A DNA stretch of 64,000 nt, the filler included, from Atractiella rhizophila (Eukaryota): the NCBI GenBank assembly GCA_021432655.1. It is 37 parts of 37 records of this genome, joined end to end, with 100 filler letters (N's around TTAATTAATTAA, not from the genome) between each part and the next. Parts side by side here need not be neighbours in the genome. Positions count along the whole stretch, not along the records: positions 24,784 to 26,431 come from MU272897.1; positions 26,532 to 28,176 come from MU272898.1; positions 28,277 to 29,910 come from MU272899.1; positions 30,011 to 31,642 come from MU272900.1; positions 31,743 to 33,372 come from MU272901.1; positions 33,473 to 35,100 come from MU272902.1; positions 35,201 to 36,827 come from MU272903.1; positions 36,928 to 38,554 come from MU272904.1; 29 more parts are not named here. The stretch is one strand, 5' to 3'. This document shows, piece after piece, positions 24,784 through 37,689 of this stretch. Both the position numbers and the translations under genes were made by a program. The stretch's first letter is position 1; every line of letters starts with the position of its first letter. Under the pieces are notes generated by a model, which saw only the letters and a list, made by a program, of their open reading frames with translations, was not told the DNA's origin and did not search any database.

Positions 24784-26431
24784 CCCCCGCCTCCTCCACA
24801 AGATCCACCCTCGAAGACGCTATCCACCCATCCATCTCTGCCCCAGCGGCCTGAACGAGTGGCGAAAGTGTCTGGCCCGAATGCTACGCCGTTGGGAGCT
24901 GCAGGAGCTGCGAACGGGCTGCCTCAGCGTCCTCAGATGCCTCAAGGTCAGAGCGCACAGTCAATCATCGAAAGCCAGCAAAAGTCTCAGCAAGCTCCAC
25001 CTCAACAAGCGAACCGGAAGACAAAGTGGACCGACGAGGAGATGGTGGCAGAAGCCAAGGAATTGATCGTGAGGGATCTACTTGAGGCTCTTCGAATGGA
25101 TCTGAAGAAGAAGTATGTCGAACCGAAGGCGTGGGAGGTGCTGAACAAGGAGGATGATCAACCGTCCCAATATTTAGCATCTCTCTCGAATGCGGCGCAA
25201 ATGTCCGCCGAAGGAGCCCCCATGGGCTTGAAGAGCATCTTACAGCTTCCAAGCTTTGCGAAGAGGAAGCTGAAGGAGAAGCCTGTAGAGAGTAGTCCCT
25301 TGGTCAAAGAGGCGATTCTGGAAGAGGAAGAAGAGCTTCCCGAAGCTCCGATGGCGGAGTCAGAGCGTCTAGTGGCGGAGGACGAGGAAAAGGAGGAGGA
25401 GGAAGATCCATTCGCGAAGGACTTGCTGGCCATGCTTGGAGGAGTCAGTTCGGAGTCTACTAAGAAGGAGGCAAAGAAGAAAGAAGAAGAGGTGAAGAAA
25501 GAGAAGGGAAAAAGAGGGAGGAAGCGAAAGGCCGAACCCGTGCTTGAAGAAGAAGAGGAGGTTGAGAGTCCGAAGAAACGGCGGAAGGGTTCACGACTCG
25601 AGGACGAAAATGTTATCGAGGTAGGATTCCAGACGCCTGCTCCCACAGACTCAACTGTCACTACCAAGCGCGATTTCTATCAACTCGGATCGGAAGACGA
25701 AGCTTTGCAGCCGAAGAAGAAATCAAAGAGAGCAAAGAAGACAGATGCCGTTCAACTCCCTCCCGCTGCTCAAACTAAACGCAAACTTCCTCCAATTCGA
25801 TATACGTTCGACGAACCCCCTCCCAACCCCTTCGAATGTGGACTTGCAGACGATACCGAAGATTTGTATTACATACAGCTTGCTCTCCAACGACTACGAA
25901 ATGGCCAGAACATCACGCAGCCGGATCCTCCAGAGGAACCCGATGATCCATCAAGTAATCATCATACTGGCTCAGCCCGCACAGAAGGCTTTTACCCTAT
26001 ATCTGTTGCTGACAAAATGTCCTACCTCCAAAATGCTAATAAGGCCATCGTCGACCTATCCACAGTCGCCACCTCCGGAATCGCAGCCTCTCGAACAGCT
26101 CGTGCAAACACGAGACGTCTCGTCCTCGATATAGAGCAACACAGAAAGACAGCTGCTTCGGATACCGATATCCTCAAATTTAATCAGCTACGCGCACGGA
26201 AGAAGCAGCTCAAGTTCGCCCGGAGTCCCATTCACAGTTGGGGCCTTTTCTCAATGGAGCTCATTCCGAGAGGCGAAATGGTTATTGAGGTATGTTGGCG
26301 CCAGTCAAAAGGAATGCCTGCGTGAACTCACTGGCTTGTAGTATCTTGGGGAAGTCATTCGTCATGCCGTTGCGGACAAACGCGAGAAACAATACGAACG
26401 TCAAGGAATCGGAAGCAGCTACCTCTTCAGA
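24784..26431 (+). CDS. SET1: Histone H3K4 methyltransferase Set1 (N-SET and start of SET domain), partial
   Basis: GSARTEG (WIN-like motif), [37 protein letters not shown]...[19 protein letters not shown]. Confidence 0.95.
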
Positions 26432-26531
26432 NNNNNNNNNNNNNNNNNNNNNNNNNNNNNNNNNNNNNNNNNNNNTTAATTAATTAANNNNNNNNNNNNN
26501 NNNNNNNNNNNNNNNNNNNNNNNNNNNNNNN

Positions 26532-28047
26532 CGTATGAACGTACTGTGAGAGCCCGCAATCGTGAAGAAATATGTTCCGTAGGATCTGTGATCGAGTTTA
26601 GATGAAACCCTGCGTGGTGCGAGTGCAGACTTGAACTCACAGAAGAAACATCGAGCCGCTCGCAGGATGCAACATACAAGCGCCGAGTGCGGCAAGAGTT
26701 CTCCTACGATTTACACCCCTATGTTGATGAACAGAACATTAGGCTACTCTCTCGCTTTCCGAAGGAGAATGTACGCACCGAAAGAGCTCGAAAATATCAA
26801 ACTTATGTGCTGACATTTCTTTCTCGGCCTCCCATGCCGCTTTTATCTCTCCAAATTCCTCCGCGATTAAAGTCTCAGGATACCACGGTCCTCGAAGCTT
26901 TTTCAGGTATTTCAATGCCTTCTCTTCCCTTCCATGGGAGATCGCCCAACGTGGAGAGTCTGGGATGAATGGGAGTGTTGAAAAGAGGAGGACGGGGACA
27001 ATAAACAGAAGGCAGAGCGGGATTTGATAAGCAAGGCGAGACATAATTCTCGCAGTGTAGTTATCTGCACAGGCGTTCAGAGGATAAAACGCATCCATTG
27101 AACTGAGAACGCACCAATTATCGAAGAAATCAAGCTTCCAAATGAGACCCAAAACTGGAAGAATGCGAACCTATTCGGGAACTAAGTATGTGTGAAAATT
27201 TTCGTTGGGACAAACGCACATCGTCCCTCGCAAATGTGGAGGCGATACTTCTTGCAGGAAGAGCTGAGTCTGAACCATCAGGATGCCGTTGGCGACGCCA
27301 AGGAAAAATCTGGCAAAATAAAGCGCGCCGAGTGAAGTCGTTGCGATCTGGATGGCTACTCCAACTGGAAAAGGATTGCCATATCAAGTTTGGGTGGTGA
27401 TCCAAAGATGAGACATACCGCAACACATGAGTGATGCAACCGCAAGACAGGAGCGTCAATCAAGGAATTTTGCCATTGGACCGGCGAAAAGGGAACCTGT
27501 TTTTGCAGCTCCTTCAGTTAAACGTTGAACCCGGAAAGTGGAAGGTTAAATTGTACCAATGAATGCACCTAGTCATATATCATTAATAAATAAGAGATAT
27601 ACATTCGACAACGTGCCAAGTGTCAGCAAGCTTGCAATGAGTTGTTGCACAGTTGGATCAATGTTCCACCCAATTGTGATAGCTGGATCTCTAAATCCGA
27701 ATACTGACACTACATTCAATTCGCCTCAGCTCTGGCTTTTGTGTTTTGCGGCTGCAACTTACAGAATCCAGGCATAGCTAGTTTCCGTTATCGCCCTTTA
27801 GTAGCACTTCGTGTGTACTGATTACGGTATAAGCTCACACTGAAATCCGCCAATGAGCCCAAAATCTTTGAATATACATCAGCGTCCACCATCATCAACA
27901 GAAGAAAGTGAGAAGCCCACCAAGTCCATATTGAAAGGCGGCACTTGAGATGATGCTTGCAATAAGCAGCGTCCTCCTATTCTGCCATAGCCCAGAGGAC
28001 GCAAGGTCGTTATTCTTCTTTGGTTTCAGCCACTGTGGGACTGGCAT
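26532..28047 (-). CDS. MFS sugar porter family transporter, multi-intron, 3' partial
   Basis: Starts MPVPQWLKP...AAFQYGLD/FGLIGGFQ; later EVSPPHLRG, AYQIPLCL and LPFIPDSPRW, with hydrophobic helices. Confidence 0.9.
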
Positions 28048-28276
28048 CGTTTCCAATCCTGAATGTCAAGACTTGAGAGATCATGAAGCGAAACTCGAGC
28101 CTTTTATGAGAGTCTGCCTTCATTTGACTGTGAACAACCGCTAGCTCGAAGCCTGAAGCTTTCAAGTCGGCTTTTTNNNNNNNNNNNNNNNNNNNNNNNN
28201 NNNNNNNNNNNNNNNNNNNNTTAATTAATTAANNNNNNNNNNNNNNNNNNNNNNNNNNNNNNNNNNNNNNNNNNNN

Positions 28277-29910
28277 ACTGAGATTTTTGACGAGTATGCT
28301 GGCCGATCGTTCCCAGATTCAGCAGACGTTTGGCTCACATCGTTTCTCCAGTTCTGGGAGGCCGCATACACTTGAACAGTCTGTCTGTCTCTATATCCTG
28401 GGATCCTAAATATCTGATGCGTCTAGTATAGCCTAATCTTTCTGGGAAGCGAAAAATACCCTTACAAAGGAGTATTGGATACCCTTGCAAACCGCTCATT
28501 TGCCCAAGGGTAAGTGAGATTATTGTAGTCAATATCAGGACCTGACCCGATTTTCCATACAGAACGAATGCCTGGACAGATACCACGCATACGTGGGTCC
28601 TCCTGTATCAATGAAGCTCAACTGAGAGTTGTCACAGATGCTACACCATGAGCACGGCTGGTCAGGAGGGATTTTTGAAGCTTCTTCCAGGTTCATTTTT
28701 TGCCTCGGTTGATTTTCTCATCTAACAGCTTGCAGTATATGTGGATCATTTGCTCTACCCGTACGAAGTTGAATTTGTTCAACCTTAACTCAAATGGGTA
28801 TCAGCACTCTGACGGATTCTGGATTCACGACAGAGGTATACTCAACATCCATAAAGTTGAAATTCTGGCTTATGCGCCACTGTGTAGGTATTCCACATAA
28901 ATGGTTTGGGTCAGGAGGCGGGCGTTGTCTTTTCCGAAATGCAGGGTCGAGAGAATACGAGCTACGATCTGATGGCACTACAGTCAGTCTGGTCCATTTT
29001 TGTTAATGACCACTACTGATGCTGGGACTCTTAGGACACAGCGCCTGATATATCCAGAAGGCAGTGGATATCGAAGTGAGACTGGGGGGCTTATGGAGAA
29101 GCTGCGCGTCCTGGACTGCCAACAGAGTATTTTCTCAGTTTGGCTTGATGACTTGATTCACAGTTGATATGCAGTTCGGGACTATCATTCACACACATAC
29201 GTGCCGCACAACGTACTGTTGCTGGTCGTTGGGTCTGTTAATCCCCAGGAACTTCTTGAGACTCTTCAGAGGACAGTTGAAATTTCAGCAGAAGGACACG
29301 GACAAGCACACGGTCCCACGGGGCCATCCGAATGGAAACGACCATGGGTTGAAACCCCTTCGGCTTATCGTGAACCGAGGAAACTTGTAGAGAAGATTGA
29401 CGTTATTGAGTTTCCGGACGAAGAAGATGACGAAGAAGGGATGGGGGAGGTCGTCATTACTTGGCTCGGACCTTTGACGAGAGTATGTGGCACCGGTCAC
29501 CTCAATAACGGCTAACTGTGCGCTGCAGGATTTTCTGTCTCATAAAGCACTGGATATTCTTTCGGATTACCTCGCCGACAGTGCTATTTCACCTTTCTAT
29601 AAAGAATTGGTAGACATAGACGAGCCAATCTGTACACACCTCTATTTCTCCCTCAACGACGCCCAACAAATTACGATCGACCTCAATCTATCTTCCGTCC
29701 CAGTTGGTGCTTTGAACTCAGTGACTACGAAAGTCAAGGCTTTGCTCAAAAAGGTCCAAAACGACGGAATCGACATGGCAAGGATGAAGGCTGTGTTGAG
29801 GAGGAACCGAGCAAAAATTTTAGATTCGGGAGAGACGTCCTTGCCGAGCTCTTTTGCAGACAGCATGATTTCAGGCGAGCACTTTCTGCCGCTTCAGGCT
29901 AACATTTAAC
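28277..29910 (+). CDS. M16C insulinase-family metallopeptidase (Cym1/Sdd3-like), internal fragment
   Basis: PHTLEH region, LGSEKYPYKGVLDTLANRSFAQG, TNAWTDTTHT, GYRSETGG and YHSHTYVPHN. Confidence 0.85.
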
Positions 29911-30013
29911 NNNNNNNNNNNNNNNNNNNNNNNNNNNNNNNNNNNNNNNNNNNNTTAATTAATTAANNNNNNNNNNNNNNNNNNNNNNNNNNNNNNNNNN
30001 NNNNNNNNNNCCT

Positions 30014-31455
30014 TCACACTGCAATCTTCCCACCATCATGACACTCAACGGCGCCAGACGCGATAAAATCAACCTGGGTCAGTCGCCACCAGGGCAAAAG
30101 CTGACAAAGGCTCTTCCAGCAGGATTCCATGATTGACCCCAAACTTCTGCTTCCGCGATCAGGGGTCGGCTTCTTGGGTGCGGAATCACCATCTGAGCAA
30201 GAAACTCGCATCCAACCTCCGTGTCCTCTATTGCTCCGAACAGTCACCCCATCCTTTGTGAGCGCGAGCAAAGATGTCTTGGTCAGGTCGTCTTCCAGAC
30301 GCACGTCCGCGATATTCAAGCGTTCCAGTGACTTCCAGGGTCTGTCTTGGATCCTCAGCGAGTAAAGACATTGAATGACAGCTTTAGTCGCGAAACTATT
30401 TTTGAACACATCCATATGTTTTGTTCCGTCAGGGAAGAAGGTGAAATCCTCAATGGGACACGGAGAAAAATAGCCGAGAATTTGAGAGATAGCATCGAAG
30501 CTTGAGTGTTGCAACATGTTGGTGATGGAGAGAGATGTCAACTTTGAGGCGGAACACCGTGGGATTGAGAAAGGTTGGAAGAAGATGAAAGAGTCGAGTT
30601 TCAGAGTCTGGAGGGAACCCTGGCAGCCTTCGACCATCAAATCGATGGGTAGTTCACAGAGATGACCCCTGCCTTCGAGAATAAGTTCCTTTGCCCCAAA
30701 TTCCATATCTTTGATGGTCGCGCTGGTGGTTAGTATGGGTGGAGAAGCAGAAGACCTGATATGCAATTTATCCAGAAATCTCGTTCGATCCGAAAGGTCT
30801 TTCAGAAAGGGTCCCCTTATGGATGGAGTCTGGACCATGATGTCCTTGATGACACTCGGAGAGGAACAGGCAGCTCGAAGAAGGTGGAGAAACAAGTCAT
30901 GCGACGGGTCTGCTGGATCTAGAATATCCAGAACCAGAAGGCGTTCTTCTGTGAAAGAGAGGTCAAAAGCCGGACACACATTCAACGTTTCGAAAAGCCT
31001 GTAGACTTGAAATGCCAACTCATCGTCAACACTGTGTCGTTTGTGAATATTTGATTCAACTTCAACTTCGTCTTCGAGAAACCTGAATGCCATCATGCGA
31101 TCATCGACCTGGAAGCAAATCCGTTGGATGGACAAAGGGTCAACTCGGTCGGAGCTGAGAAAATGTGCAGAGCGACGGTGCAATTGTTCACATCACAAAG
31201 CAGGCGGCCAATGTCATCCCATGATGTAAAATTTATGCTCAGACATCTCACTTTCTGTAAAATGCAGCGCGGGAGGTCTTTGAACTGTGCATCGGACTCC
31301 CACCACGTCGGGTTAAAGGCCAATGTTCGAAATATTCGGGAGAGTAGAGCTTGTCGTAAACCCCAGTTACAGCAACTGAGATCTATACAGTCCGACACGG
31401 AGAGATGACTAGCTATTCCGTTTAGAAGCTCGTTGGGGAGGTTCAGGAGGGACAT
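30014..31455 (-). CDS. F-box protein with LRR-like C-terminus
   Basis: N-terminal MSLLNLPNELLNGIASHL...LSCCNWGLR followed by LxxLxL-type segments (SLQTLKLD, KLTSLSIT, SLERLNIA). Confidence 0.75.
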
Positions 31456-31742
31456 TTTCAGTATGTTGCTTGGAACGGAGGCAGTAGCTCCTGCCTCTTA
31501 TAGTGACTACGGATGTCATCCTGCTCTTTGTCCAGAGCCTTGTTGCCCTTGAGGAAAGACATGGTAGAGCTAGGTATGAGCCAGATTGCCTTTGTACTGA
31601 CAGCTCAAAGGAACGTGAATGGGATCCTTCTCTTTGTTCACANNNNNNNNNNNNNNNNNNNNNNNNNNNNNNNNNNNNNNNNNNNNTTAATTAATTAANN
31701 NNNNNNNNNNNNNNNNNNNNNNNNNNNNNNNNNNNNNNNNNN

Positions 31743-33372
31743 AAAAAAGCTTCTTTGCCCGCTGACTCTATGTTCAGGAGTGCATCTCCAAGCATTTCAA
31801 CGACTTTCGCATCGTTCGCTTCATTCTACAAAGGAGGAGGGGGAGCGATGGAAGTAACGGTCCTCGAGTAGGCAGAGAGAAGTACCTCAAGCGCTGCAAA
31901 GCACTCGTCCCACTCTCCAAGGCGGGCTGTGGCCTCCCAAGCAGCGCAAAATAAGGACTGCTTCATGATGGGATCACTTTGGTGGTATATCGCCTCTTGT
32001 GCTCGTTGCTTCACGCCATTCCAGTCCGCCTAATTCATCATCTTTCAGCCGCAAACCGTTCGATAGAGGAAAGAACCTACATCTTCCTTGTCCCTTGCCA
32101 GGTGGAGTTTGATGATGGTGCTGAAAAACAGCAACCAAGCAAGAGCTGCAGAAGTCCGATCATCACTCGGTAAAAGCTGTCCCAGTGCAATCGACACATC
32201 TGCCAGTCGATCTAGGATGACGGACGGAATAGATTCGACACTCTCGCAACAGAGGTTATAGGCTGAGCAGGGGTTGGTGGGGACTGAATGTCTCAAATGA
32301 AATAAATACCTTCGGCAAAGAACCAATGAGCAGATTCTTGGCTGCTCGCAGATGAATTAAGATCCTGAAGGTTCTGCAATGCTTTAGCATGATCAGTATC
32401 GAGGAAGTAGTAAGATAGCAACGACTTGCTGATTTCAAAATGTTGACAGATATCCAAAAGAGCTGCAGCCCTACGCCAATCTACTAGTGAACCGTCACCC
32501 CCAGGAACTCAAAAATCATACTCAAATGTTTCGGAATCTCGTAGGCTACCGATAAGCAGGTTCAACGAGCATCTGTTCTGGTTGATCCCACACTGCTTAG
32601 CGAACGTGAAAAGTAGACAAACCTAATTGCGACGACAGCATGAAGTCCTGAAGGCAGCATATTCGCCGTTTTAGCAAAATGGATGAGGTGTTCGAGGACT
32701 GAAGTGAGGATAGTCTTCGAGTCTTGCTCGTTCGCTAGCTTAGCCGCCCAGTACAAGTAGTTGATTTCAAAATCATTGCAGAGAAGCAGCTCTTCAATCA
32801 TGAGACTGGCTGTATTTCCCTTTTCAGTATGTAAAGAAACGTAATGGAAAAGTGGAGAGGCGGACCTCGCGATTCGTCCCCCTCGTAGAGAGCACAGAAG
32901 AATTTGAGAAAGTAGGAGCTGTTTCAGAAGTGACATTGTGGATCGCTGAGTTAGAGAGAGAGGCAAAACGCACCATGCCTCTCTATTCTCTTTCAGTTTA
33001 ACCTCCACCTTACTTGCCATGTCCCAGTTTTTCCCTTCTATGCAACACAACAGCGCTTTTCTATGAAGACATGGGCTTTGAGTCACTTCGAGTTAGAAAA
33101 GAAGGGACAGGGACGAACCGGATGGATGCCATGCTTTCCCTGGGAGCTTCATCGAATATAACATTCGTGGACAAGAGGTACCATTCCGTCGCAAAATCTA
33201 GCAAATTGTTGGCGAAACACTTGTCTCCCACTTTCCAGATGAAAGATTGGAGCACAAAAGAGGAGGTTGGGGAGAAACAGAAGTCTGGTACGTCTGTCCC
33301 ATCGGGTCCGTAAATATGTCACCATCGACAGAAGGAGGGAGAAAGACTGACGTTGATGAATGATTTCAATGG
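31743..33372 (-). CDS. Meiotic ZMM TPR scaffold ZIP4/SPO22 (TEX11)-like, internal fragment
   Basis: FIWKVGDKCFANNLLDFATEWY...LHRKALLCC...YLYWAAKLA resembles the Spo22/TEX11 helical-repeat core. Confidence 0.55.
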
Positions 33373-33472
33373 NNNNNNNNNNNNNNNNNNNNNNNNNNNN
33401 NNNNNNNNNNNNNNNNTTAATTAATTAANNNNNNNNNNNNNNNNNNNNNNNNNNNNNNNNNNNNNNNNNNNN

Positions 33473-33620
33473 ATTCCAGAAGAGGCTACTGCTAGTGCAA
33501 TCTTCTTGGATGATCTTACTCTTGCCAGTATAAGATTCTGAACAAAAGTCTTTCCAGTTCCTCCAGGTCCATCAAGAAAGAAGAGTCCTCCGGTGCCATT
33601 CTGCCAGGCTGGATCCCAGG
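33473..33620 (-). mobile_element. Second Helitron PIF1 helicase fragment
   Basis: GGLFFLDGPGGTGKTFVQNLILARVRSSKKIALAVASSG at the contig edge. Confidence 0.8.
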
Positions 33621-34849
33621 TCATGCTGGCATCAAAGGAAACGAACTGGCAGACTCTGCAGCTAATGGAGCCACAAATAGCAGAGAGGCAACTGGTTCCC
33701 ACAAAATCCCTCGTAGTCCTTCAGCCTTCCGAGCCACCATCTCAGCATCAAGATTTACACAGAGATACACCTTTGCGACATCTTCTTCAGGCAAACACCA
33801 CAGGTCCCTCTCACGATCACTCTCTCCGGAGGACACATACAACATGCTAGCATCAATGCCCAGGGCTCAGGCATCCATCTTCGTCCAGCTTCCATCAGGG
33901 CACGCTTCAACCAAACTGATAAATTCTCATTGCGACTTGTTGCTTGCACAGTGAATGAGGGAGAGGTATTGAAGGAGTTCTATGGGTTTTATTTGCCAGG
34001 AAATATCCTCAGTACCCCCACGGCGGGAAATGCGATTTTGAATTTCAGCCGACTAATGTTGCGATGTTACATCTCTTCACTTGTTAACGTTCATTGATAG
34101 GCGGTAATGAGCGCCTTTAGATCCTGCTCCACTTAAGCAATTTATTAAGTGGCTTGTGTAGGCGGTCTAAGACGAGGCCGTTGTTCTCATCCTTCTGCTG
34201 CTGTTTCCATGCGCCGTACCCTGTTCCTGATAGATTTCAACCTGAACGTCTACCGCTCCTGATAGAGCTGACTCTTTCCTAGCTGACAGGACGCATTAAC
34301 GCCTTCAATGAATCGTTTGCTTCCTTCATCTACGGCATGAAAGTCAATGCCTACACCACAACTTTTTGTGGAAGCACCGACAGCTCTCATTCATTCGCCT
34401 TGGCTCCAATACTCCAGCAACGTCGACAACAGCAACAACTCTCAATGAGTTCTGTTCAGCCTCGTCCTCAGACGCCAGCTGGTGAAACTACAGTGGTGGA
34501 CTTGCGTACGGGAGTTGAAGAAACGTTCCTCAGCGATCCAGGGCAATTTCTCGTATTGAATCATCTATACCGGTCCTTTCAAAAGGAGCGCCGTCTACCG
34601 GTTCGAAAGGAAAGATTGGAAAGAAGAGTTTAGTTGTGCATGCCCTTCCCGTCACCTACTCGTGATACTGATCTTGCTTGAGTGTAGAATTTCGTAACTC
34701 AAGTTACCGAGACACTTCCCATCATGTATAGGGAGCAGCAGTCTCATCGTTCGGAAATGCAAGCAGTGTTAGAGGAGTTGAGACTGCAGCCTGAGGGAAT
34801 GTAAGCCTCTGCTCTCTTTTGATTCTCGTTATTGATAGGTATCATAGTA

Positions 34850-35040
34850 CAGGTTCGCACATTTCACGTAGGCGTCCCGTCCGTCGATTTTTGTGCCTGA
34901 GACGGCCACGGGACGGGGTGACCCCGTCCCGTCACCCGCACCGTCACTGATCACGGGGACTGTCTGACGGTGACGGGACTGTGACGGCAAGAAAAGGGGT
35001 GCAGACGGACGGGTTTGATGGTGAACACGGGTGTTCAACA
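34850..35040. repeat. GACGG/CCGTC-motif cluster, probable DNA-transposon subterminal region
   Basis: Many GACGG/CCGTC copies in both orientations within 190 nt, plus a TGAACAC-GG-GTGTTCA hairpin. Confidence 0.45.
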
Positions 35041-35200
35041 AAATGTTCCTTTATTCTGTCCGGCACCACCGGAATATCTCATTCATGCCATGTTCTGGCC
35101 NNNNNNNNNNNNNNNNNNNNNNNNNNNNNNNNNNNNNNNNNNNNTTAATTAATTAANNNNNNNNNNNNNNNNNNNNNNNNNNNNNNNNNNNNNNNNNNNN

Positions 35201-36518
35201 AGCATCCCTCCCTCCGCCTAATGCAGGCGAAGGTGCCGCGCCAACCTTCCCCATCGTTGCAGGGACCGTGGCAGGCGGTACGAAAGGCGGCAAGACGGGA
35301 TCAGCCCAACCTCTCCCCTTAAATGAAGTCTTTTCACCCTCATCCATCCCACGCTTCATCTCCGCGTACCCCCTTCCCCTTCTCATTCCACCTCCTCCGC
35401 CGACACCGGCACCAGCGCCACGTTGGATTAGGAAACCCTCCCATTCCGCCCGGCGAGAGTCCCAGCCACGACGGTTCCTGTAGAGGTAGAGGAGAGAGAA
35501 GAGGAGGAGGATCCCGCTTACGCCTCCAAGGATGGAGCCGACGAGGACAGCTGTGTGCGAAGGCGATGTGGAAGAGGTTGAAGTTTGCGGTGGAAAGGAC
35601 GGAGTGCTGGTGGTGGTGGAGAGGACGTGAACTGTTTGGGAGGAAGATATGAAGAGCGATGTTGTAGAAGATTGCGATTCGCCGGGGAGATGACTACTGG
35701 TGCTCGAAGGCGGTGGGGAAGAGGCAACGGATGATGGGTGAGGGGAGGACGAAGGCTGTTGGATTGAGGATTGGGATGATAGACTTGAAGGAACCACCTT
35801 GGTCGACCGTGATGAAGCTGAAGTCAATCCTGATGTTGCCTTTGAGATGACAGCTTCTGAAGAGGTCTGGGAAAGCATCTCATGCCACCGCTGGAGGATA
35901 TAGCTCGAGTTGGCACCATCATTGCAACCGATGCAGTCTTGTTCGTCTCCGTCATCCCAAAGTTCTTCCCTCTCCTCTCCTGCGTCGACCTCTTCCGCCG
36001 ATCGTTCAACCCCATTGCCTTCACTATCAGGTGAGGACGAATTAGATGATAGCACTTCAAAATCGTCTGGACACTCCCCCGTCAGATCGGAGCAGAAGCT
36101 AGTCCACCATCAGCCACTCTGGGTCCCTTCATGGCGAGGAGACGAAGAAGGAAAAGAGAAAGACAAACCCAATGGTAGAGTTGGCGGGATAGTCGATTCG
36201 CCATTCGCACTCCTCTCCATGGCAAGGCACGAGTTCTGACCACCTACGCGTCCATCCACATCAACTCTCAACATTCCCATATTTCCATGTAGGAGAGTGG
36301 AAGAGAATAACGCACCAAACGTCGCCCTCGAAATACACCTGGAGATTCCACTTTGGATGCTCCCTGGCTGCTTCGCTGTGGTCTCGGATAGTGGTGTTCT
36401 CACACTGTATGAGTGGCTGTGGGACGTCCAGCGCTGACAAGGAAGGTTGTGAGAGAAGCAAAAGTAAGAGTATGAAGGGTATTAAAGCGTGAGTACTGCT
36501 GTGGTATCGTAAGGTCAT
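35201..36518 (-). CDS. Ser/Thr-rich single-pass cell-surface protein (Mid2/Wsc-like architecture), 3' partial
   Basis: Signal peptide (LIPFILLLLLLSQPSLSA), Cys-containing ectodomain, S/T stalk and TM helix AVLVGSILGGVSGILLLFSLLYLY followed by RNRR. Confidence 0.7.
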
Positions 36519-37170
36519 CTTCGTCGTTACATGCTCTCCAAGTCCAAGTTACGTCATCGCCGCTCACCACAACATAGTTTCGGATTGGGCATTGAGATTG
36601 CAGTATTGGGACACGAAGATTCAAAGAGAGAGGGGAAGATGGACAATGAGATTTGGCTTGAGGCCAAGATATCCCCAATCACACAGAAATGAGCACGATG
36701 AAAGCTATTATGTTGTGATTGGGGGAAGGAAATTGGGATTCCCTGGTGCTCCTTCAAAGACCGGACTTGCGGGAAAGAGCCAGATTTTTGCCTCTGCATC
36801 GGAACGCGCGGCAAACACTTCAACGCANNNNNNNNNNNNNNNNNNNNNNNNNNNNNNNNNNNNNNNNNNNNTTAATTAATTAANNNNNNNNNNNNNNNNN
36901 NNNNNNNNNNNNNNNNNNNNNNNNNNNGAGCAGCGTACAACAGAACCAAAGTCGCCGCTTAGTTTGGGGAGTTTTGAAATCCCCTCCCTAGCACTTTTCA
37001 AGGCATTCTTTTTGCCTTTTTTCACTGACGTCCTCCCTTTCCATGTCGCTGTTATGTCAGTGGACATAATAGCTACAGATGTCGTCTGTCGTCGATGGGA
37101 TCTTCTTCAAGGGAAATGAGATGTGTGGTTTGCGTCGTTCGCTGCCTAGATCGTCAGATCCTGCAAGTCC

Positions 37171-37330
37171 TAGGGATGGCTATCGTACCAGATCGTACTG
37201 AGAGGAGCATATCCGGACGGTGCGTCACCCCATCCCGGCCCGTATCGTACCGTACTCTTCAAACTTTGAGACGGACGATTCCGGCAAAAAACGGCACGAT
37301 ACGACGGACTACGGCAAACTGGTCGCCCCG
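37171..37330 (+). mobile_element. hAT-like terminal inverted repeat and subterminal region
   Basis: Begins TAGGGATGGCTATCGTACCAG, followed by ACGG/CCGT motifs. The reverse complement of 48661-48681 matches it at 18/21. Confidence 0.6.
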
Positions 37331-37689
37331 AGGGTTTTGCGCAGGCGGCCGTAGGCCGCGCGCTCAACAGGGTTTTGCGCTCAATTTCGGGGAGATTTGC
37401 GCCACATCGGGCTGCAAACACAAAAGTGGTCGCCATCGAATATTATGGAATGCAAAAACGTAGTAATGATTAATGCTTCATCATGGACATAATTTAGAAT
37501 GATCCAGTGTCTATGAAAAGGAATGTGTCTGTCTCTGAAGCAAAAGAAAAATAAATAAATAAAGATATGGGTATGTTGAAACTTGAAATGTAATCGCACC
37601 TTCCGACATCAATACCCAAAGTGTTTTCCTATTAAGTCGCTTGAACACAACGTATATGATGCTGTTGTTGCCCTGTATAACATGTAATA

